Shown: in pieces, positions 60,109-64,000 of the stretch | Position numbering within the stretch: position 1 is the first letter of the stretch | Layout: each line of letters opens with the position of its first letter | DNA from: an uncultured Fibrobacterota bacterium | GTDB lineage: Bacteria > Fibrobacterota > Chitinivibrionia > Chitinivibrionales > FEN-1185 | Assembly (NCBI GenBank): GCA_963753345.1 | Contig: CAVWBU010000021.1 | Span: 128,001 to 192,000 of the forward strand | DNA: 64,000 nt | Direction: 5' to 3' | The notes under the pieces: model-generated | Databases searched by the model: none | Seen by the model: only the letters and a program-made list of their open reading frames with translations | Told to the model about the DNA's origin: nothing | Program-made: the position numbers and the translations under genes

Positions 60109-60768
60109 GTGTTCACGGGGATAATCGAAACTACGGGAACGGTGCGCGAGATCCGGACCGACGGCCCGGCAATCAGGCTCGGGGTGTCGCCGGACATTGC
60201 CGGTTTTTCCGTTGCCCCCGGCGCGTCGGTCAACGTCGACGGCGCGTGCCTCACGCTGGAATCCTCGCGCGGGAATGTTTTGTATTTTACCGCGGTCCGG
60301 GAGACGCTGTCGCGCACCACGCTCGGGACCCTGCGCGTGGGCGGCTCGGTGAACCTGGAGCGCGCGCTCGCGCTTTCCGGCAGGCTCGACGGCCATTTCG
60401 TGCTCGGGCATGTTGACGCAGTGGGAACAATCGCGTCCGACACAAACGACGGGGTCGCGCTGGTGAGAACGGTGGGAATCCCCGGAGACATCGCAAGGTT
60501 CTGCGCGGAGAAAGGCTCGGTGGCGCTCGACGGCATCAGCCTCACCATCACCCGCGCCTCGGCGGCGGCAATCGACGTCTCGCTTGTGCCGTTTACCATA
60601 GAGAAAACCACCATGGCCCGCAAGCGGCCGGGCGACCGGTTGAACGTGGAGTGCGACGTGATCGCGCGCTACATTGCGAGGCTCGCCGAAGCGGGCCGGC
60701 CCGGCGCAACGGACGGCGGCGAAGCCAAGAGCACGCTGCTTGACACACTGGAGAGGTCGGGATTTTAA
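60109..60768 (+). CDS. ribE: Riboflavin synthase (alpha chain)
   Basis: [33 protein letters not shown]. Confidence 0.95.
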   Translation: MFTGIIETTGTVREIRTDGPAIRLGVSPDIAGFSVAPGASVNVDGACLTLESSRGNVLYFTAVRETLSRTTLGTLRVGGSVNLERALALSGRLDGHFVLGHVDAVGTIASDTNDGVALVRTVGIPGDIARFCAEKGSVALDGISLTITRASAAAIDVSLVPFTIEKTTMARKRPGDRLNVECDVIARYIARLAEAGRPGATDGGEAKSTLLDTLERSGF

Positions 60769-61982
60769 TGCCGTTTAAAAGCATAGAGGCCGCCATAGAA
60801 GACTTTAAAAACGGCGGCTTCGTCATCATCGTGGACGACGAGGACCGGGAAAACGAGGGCGACCTCGCGTTCGCGGCGCAGCTGTGCACGGCCGACAAGA
60901 TAAACTTTTTGGCAAGGTACGGCCGGGGGCTCATCTGCGTCACCATGGAAGGCAACCGGCTCGACGATCTTGGCATTCCCATGATGGTGTCGTGCAACAC
61001 CTCGCGGTTCGAGACCGCGTTCACCGACACCGTTGACGCACGCGAAGGAACCACCACCGGCATCTCCGCCGCCGACAGGTCGGTCACGGTGCTCAAGCTG
61101 GTGGACCCGGCGAGCAAGCCGTCGGATTTCGTACGTCCCGGCCACATGCTCCCGCTTCGCGCACGTGAAGGCGGCGTGCTGGTGCGCAGCGGCCAGACCG
61201 AGGCGTCGGTGGACCTCGCGCGTCTTGCGGGCCTCACGCCCGCGGGCGTGATCTGCGAGATCATGAACGAGGACGGCACCATGGCGCGCATGCCGCAGCT
61301 CAAGGAATTTTCCGCAAAGCACGGCATGAAAATAATCACGATAGCCGACCTCATCCGCTACCGCACCGCGCACGAGCGGTACGTTAAATGCACGGCGGCG
61401 GCAAAACTGCCCAGCCGCTACGGCGAGTTCGAGGTCAAGTGCTACGAAGACGCGCTCAATCAGGGTGTCCACGTAGTGCTGCAAAAAGGACCTGTGGACG
61501 CGGAATCGACGGTGCTGGTCCGGGTCCACTCGGAGTGCTTTACCGGTGATATTCTCAGATCGCTTCGGTGCGAGTGCGGCGATCAGCTGGAAAAATCCAT
61601 GGAGGAGATCGGCAAAAAGGGCGGCGTCATTCTGTACCTGCGCCAGGAAGGACGAGGCATAGGGCTTGTCAACAAGATCCGTGCTTATGCACTGCAGGAC
61701 AAGGGCCTCGACACGGTCGAGGCGAACGAGCAGCTCGGGTTCCCTGCCGACCGCAGGGACTACGGCATCGGCGCGCAGATCCTCGCGGACCTCGGCATAC
61801 GCAAGATCCGGCTCATGACGAACAACCCGAAGAAAATCGTGGGGCTTGCCGGGTACGGCATCGAGATCGTGGAGCGCGTCCCGATCGAGATTCCCCCTCG
61901 CAGGGAAAACGCAAGGTATCTCTCGACAAAAAAGGAAAAACTCGGACACCTTCTTGAAGGAGGAGCACAATGTCAACCGTAA
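60768..61982 (+). CDS. ribBA: DHBP synthase / GTP cyclohydrolase II
   Basis: [39 protein letters not shown]. Confidence 0.96.
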   Translation: MPFKSIEAAIEDFKNGGFVIIVDDEDRENEGDLAFAAQLCTADKINFLARYGRGLICVTMEGNRLDDLGIPMMVSCNTSRFETAFTDTVDAREGTTTGISAADRSVTVLKLVDPASKPSDFVRPGHMLPLRAREGGVLVRSGQTEASVDLARLAGLTPAGVICEIMNEDGTMARMPQLKEFSAKHGMKIITIADLIRYRTAHERYVKCTAAAKLPSRYGEFEVKCYEDALNQGVHVVLQKGPVDAESTVLVRVHSECFTGDILRSLRCECGDQLEKSMEEIGKKGGVILYLRQEGRGIGLVNKIRAYALQDKGLDTVEANEQLGFPADRRDYGIGAQILADLGIRKIRLMTNNPKKIVGLAGYGIEIVERVPIEIPPRRENARYLSTKKEKLGHLLEGGAQCQP

Positions 61983-62434
61983 CGGAAGGACTGCTCAACG
62001 CGTCGGGACGGCGCTTCGCTATCGTAGCGAGCAGGTTCAACGAACTCATCGGCAAGAAACTGCTCGAAGGGGCCATTGACTGCCTCCTGCGGCACAACGG
62101 AACCCAGGAAAACATTTCGGTGGTGTGGGTGCCTGGAGCTTTTGAAATCCCCATCGTGGCAAAGAAGCTGGCCAAAACGAAGAAGTTCGATGCGGTGATC
62201 TGCCTGGGCGCCGTGATCCGCGGCAACACCCCGCATTTCGACTACATCGCCGCCGAAGTCTCCAAGGGAATAGCCGCCATCAGCCTTGAGTTGGAAGTGC
62301 CGGTGATTTTCGGGGTGCTCACCACCGACACCATCGAGCAGGCGGTGGAGCGGGCGGGCACCAAGAACGGCAACAGGGGATGGGACGCGGCCCTGTCGGC
62401 CATCGAAATGGCCGATCTCCTTAAGAAACTATAG
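61970..62434 (+). CDS. ribH: 6,7-dimethyl-8-ribityllumazine synthase
   Basis: [24 protein letters not shown]. Confidence 0.96.
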   Translation: MSTVTEGLLNASGRRFAIVASRFNELIGKKLLEGAIDCLLRHNGTQENISVVWVPGAFEIPIVAKKLAKTKKFDAVICLGAVIRGNTPHFDYIAAEVSKGIAAISLELEVPVIFGVLTTDTIEQAVERAGTKNGNRGWDAALSAIEMADLLKKL

Positions 62435-62439
62435 GAAGT

Positions 62440-62582
<143 letters not shown>

Positions 62583-62610
62583 TTTTTTTTCAGCACGCCG
62601 GAATGGAACC

Positions 62611-63042
62611 ATGCAATCTTCCAGAAGAAAATCGCGCGAACTTGCCCTGCAGACGCTGTACGCATGCGACGTCGGCGACACGGTTGACTTCCGCAAGGTG
62701 CTCGCCGGCATCGTTGAGGACCAGAGCGGTCTTGACGGCGCGGACGAGTACGCCGCCGGGCTCGTGGAAAAAACGCTGCTGTACCGAAACGAGATCGACG
62801 CGCTGCTGAGCTCGCATGCCGCAAACTGGGACCTCAAACGCATGACCGCCATCGACCGCAACATCCTGCGCATGGCCGTGGCCGAGCTCAGGTCGACCCC
62901 CGACGTGCCGTTCAAAGTGGTGATCGACGAGGCGGTGGAGCTCGCCAAGAGGTACGGGACCGATGATTCCGGCAAGTTTGTGAACGGCGTGATAGATTCG
63001 ATTAGAAAAGAATTGCCGGCGGATAAGAGCGAGAGCATATAG
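62611..63042 (+). CDS. nusB: Transcription antitermination factor NusB
   Basis: RRKSRELALQ, DRNILRMA, IDEAVELAKRY, FVNGV.D. Confidence 0.95.
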   Translation: MQSSRRKSRELALQTLYACDVGDTVDFRKVLAGIVEDQSGLDGADEYAAGLVEKTLLYRNEIDALLSSHAANWDLKRMTAIDRNILRMAVAELRSTPDVPFKVVIDEAVELAKRYGTDDSGKFVNGVIDSIRKELPADKSESI

Positions 63043-63060
63043 TAGTTAAAAAATGTTCAA

Positions 63061-63210
63061 GTGGGGGAAGTTTCCCCCTCGCTCCGGCCCGGCGTGCTTC
63101 ACAAGCAATCATTCCACTATTCTTCGCACGCCGGTCCTCCGCTACCCCCTCCTGGGTAGCCCCCTTGACAAAGTAGTTGCTGAACCATACGCCCGTGTGG
63201 GGGCACCCAC
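63061..63210 (-). repeat. Repeat family A, copy 9
   Basis: Reverse complement reads GGGTGCCCCCA...GGGGGCTACCCAGGAGGGGGTAGCGGAGGACC...AGCGAGGGGGAAACTTCCCCC. Confidence 0.85.
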
Positions 63211-63279
63211 GAAGAACAGTTGTAAGTTGACAGTTGGTGGTTGACGGTGACAGGAACGCCCAAGTCATTTTAAAGCTAC

Positions 63280-64000
63280 TTATAGCAGCGGTTCCCTCTT
63301 CAGCCTTACTCCCTCTTTTTCTGCTTTGTCAAAGGCGGCTGAACTCCCCAGCGCGGTGACGGCAAAGCGCGGGCTTGCAAGTACCTTTTGCGCGGCAACG
63401 GCCACGAGCGCGGGCGAGGCGGCGAGCACGCCGTCGCGCACACGCTGGCGGTACTCCCGCGTGCGGCCGTACAAAAGTGCCGCGGTCTCGGCGAACCCCT
63501 TTTCGTGCGGGGTGCGCGGCGCGTCGATCCTGCCGATGGTCCCGATGATGCTCTGGTCTATTGCGGCGGCGGGAAGTCCCGCGGCGGCCTCGGCGAGGCC
63601 CTTTTCAAAATGCGAAAACGTCGAGGCGAGGTTGGGGTCGCGGTACGAGGCGCAGGAAAAAATGGGATCGCCGCCCGAGACCATGGCCGCACCGCCGTAG
63701 GCGCCGCCTTCAACACGGACCTTGTCCCACAGATAGCCCGTGGAAAGGTTTCTTGACAAGAGGAGAAAAACGCCGGTCTTCTCCGGCGGAATCTTCCCGA
63801 GCGCCCAGGACTTTGCCGCGAAATTGACCGACGAGCTTATTTCGATTCCTGCCGCGCCGGTCCTCTCCTGAAAGTCAAATTCCTTCTTCGCCGCTTTTGC
63901 CTGCGGTAGGACCGAAACAACTGGCCCGATTGCCAAAGCAGCCTTTTCCGGGTCGTCGGCGGTGATTGAAAGCCTGCATCCCGCGGACGACACCACCGCC
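63280..64000 (-). CDS. Insulinase/M16C (presequence-protease-like) metallopeptidase, C-terminal part only
   Basis: YLWDKVRVEGGAYG, SYRDPN, IIGTIGRIDAP. Confidence 0.85.
   Translation of the reverse strand, partial: AVVSSAGCRLSITADDPEKAALAIGPVVSVLPQAKAAKKEFDFQERTGAAGIEISSSVNFAAKSWALGKIPPEKTGVFLLLSRNLSTGYLWDKVRVEGGAYGGAAMVSGGDPIFSCASYRDPNLASTFSHFEKGLAEAAAGLPAAAIDQSIIGTIGRIDAPRTPHEKGFAETAALLYGRTREYRQRVRDGVLAASPALVAVAAQKVLASPRFAVTALGSSAAFDKAEKEGVRLKREPLL

Overview
A GC-rich bacterial chromosomal segment. A TIGR02147-like regulator and T9SS-like C-terminal tails suggest Fibrobacterota/Chitinivibrionia (inference). It carries the end of an unusual fatty-acid/polyketide cluster (FabF, DarB-like KS, FabD, HADH, two ECH, AcpS-like) and many housekeeping genes: hisD, gatB, miaB, pgpA, recR-ybaB-dnaX, yajC-def, tadA, dus, pilT, rfbBD, ribDE-BA-H-nusB, tRNA-Cys, tRNA-Gly and SRP RNA. 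Other genes include a type IIG R-M gene, a PAS hybrid kinase, a TIGR02147-lipoprotein-C25 cassette and a wza-ATPase-wzc-SLBB/FecR/LCP locus. Several genes have single-base frameshifts, probably long-read errors. The most striking signal is intergenic: two dispersed, structured repeat families with compensatory base changes, here called B (8 full copies, 2 stubs) and A (9 copies). They usually occur as a co-oriented B-spacer-A unit. The spacer ranges from about 80 bp up to 3.45 kb, where it holds the whole R-M gene, which suggests a bipartite mobile or cargo-capturing element. Heptamer inverted arrays also bracket the SRP RNA and a four-helix-bundle gene in a mutually exclusive pairing arrangement.
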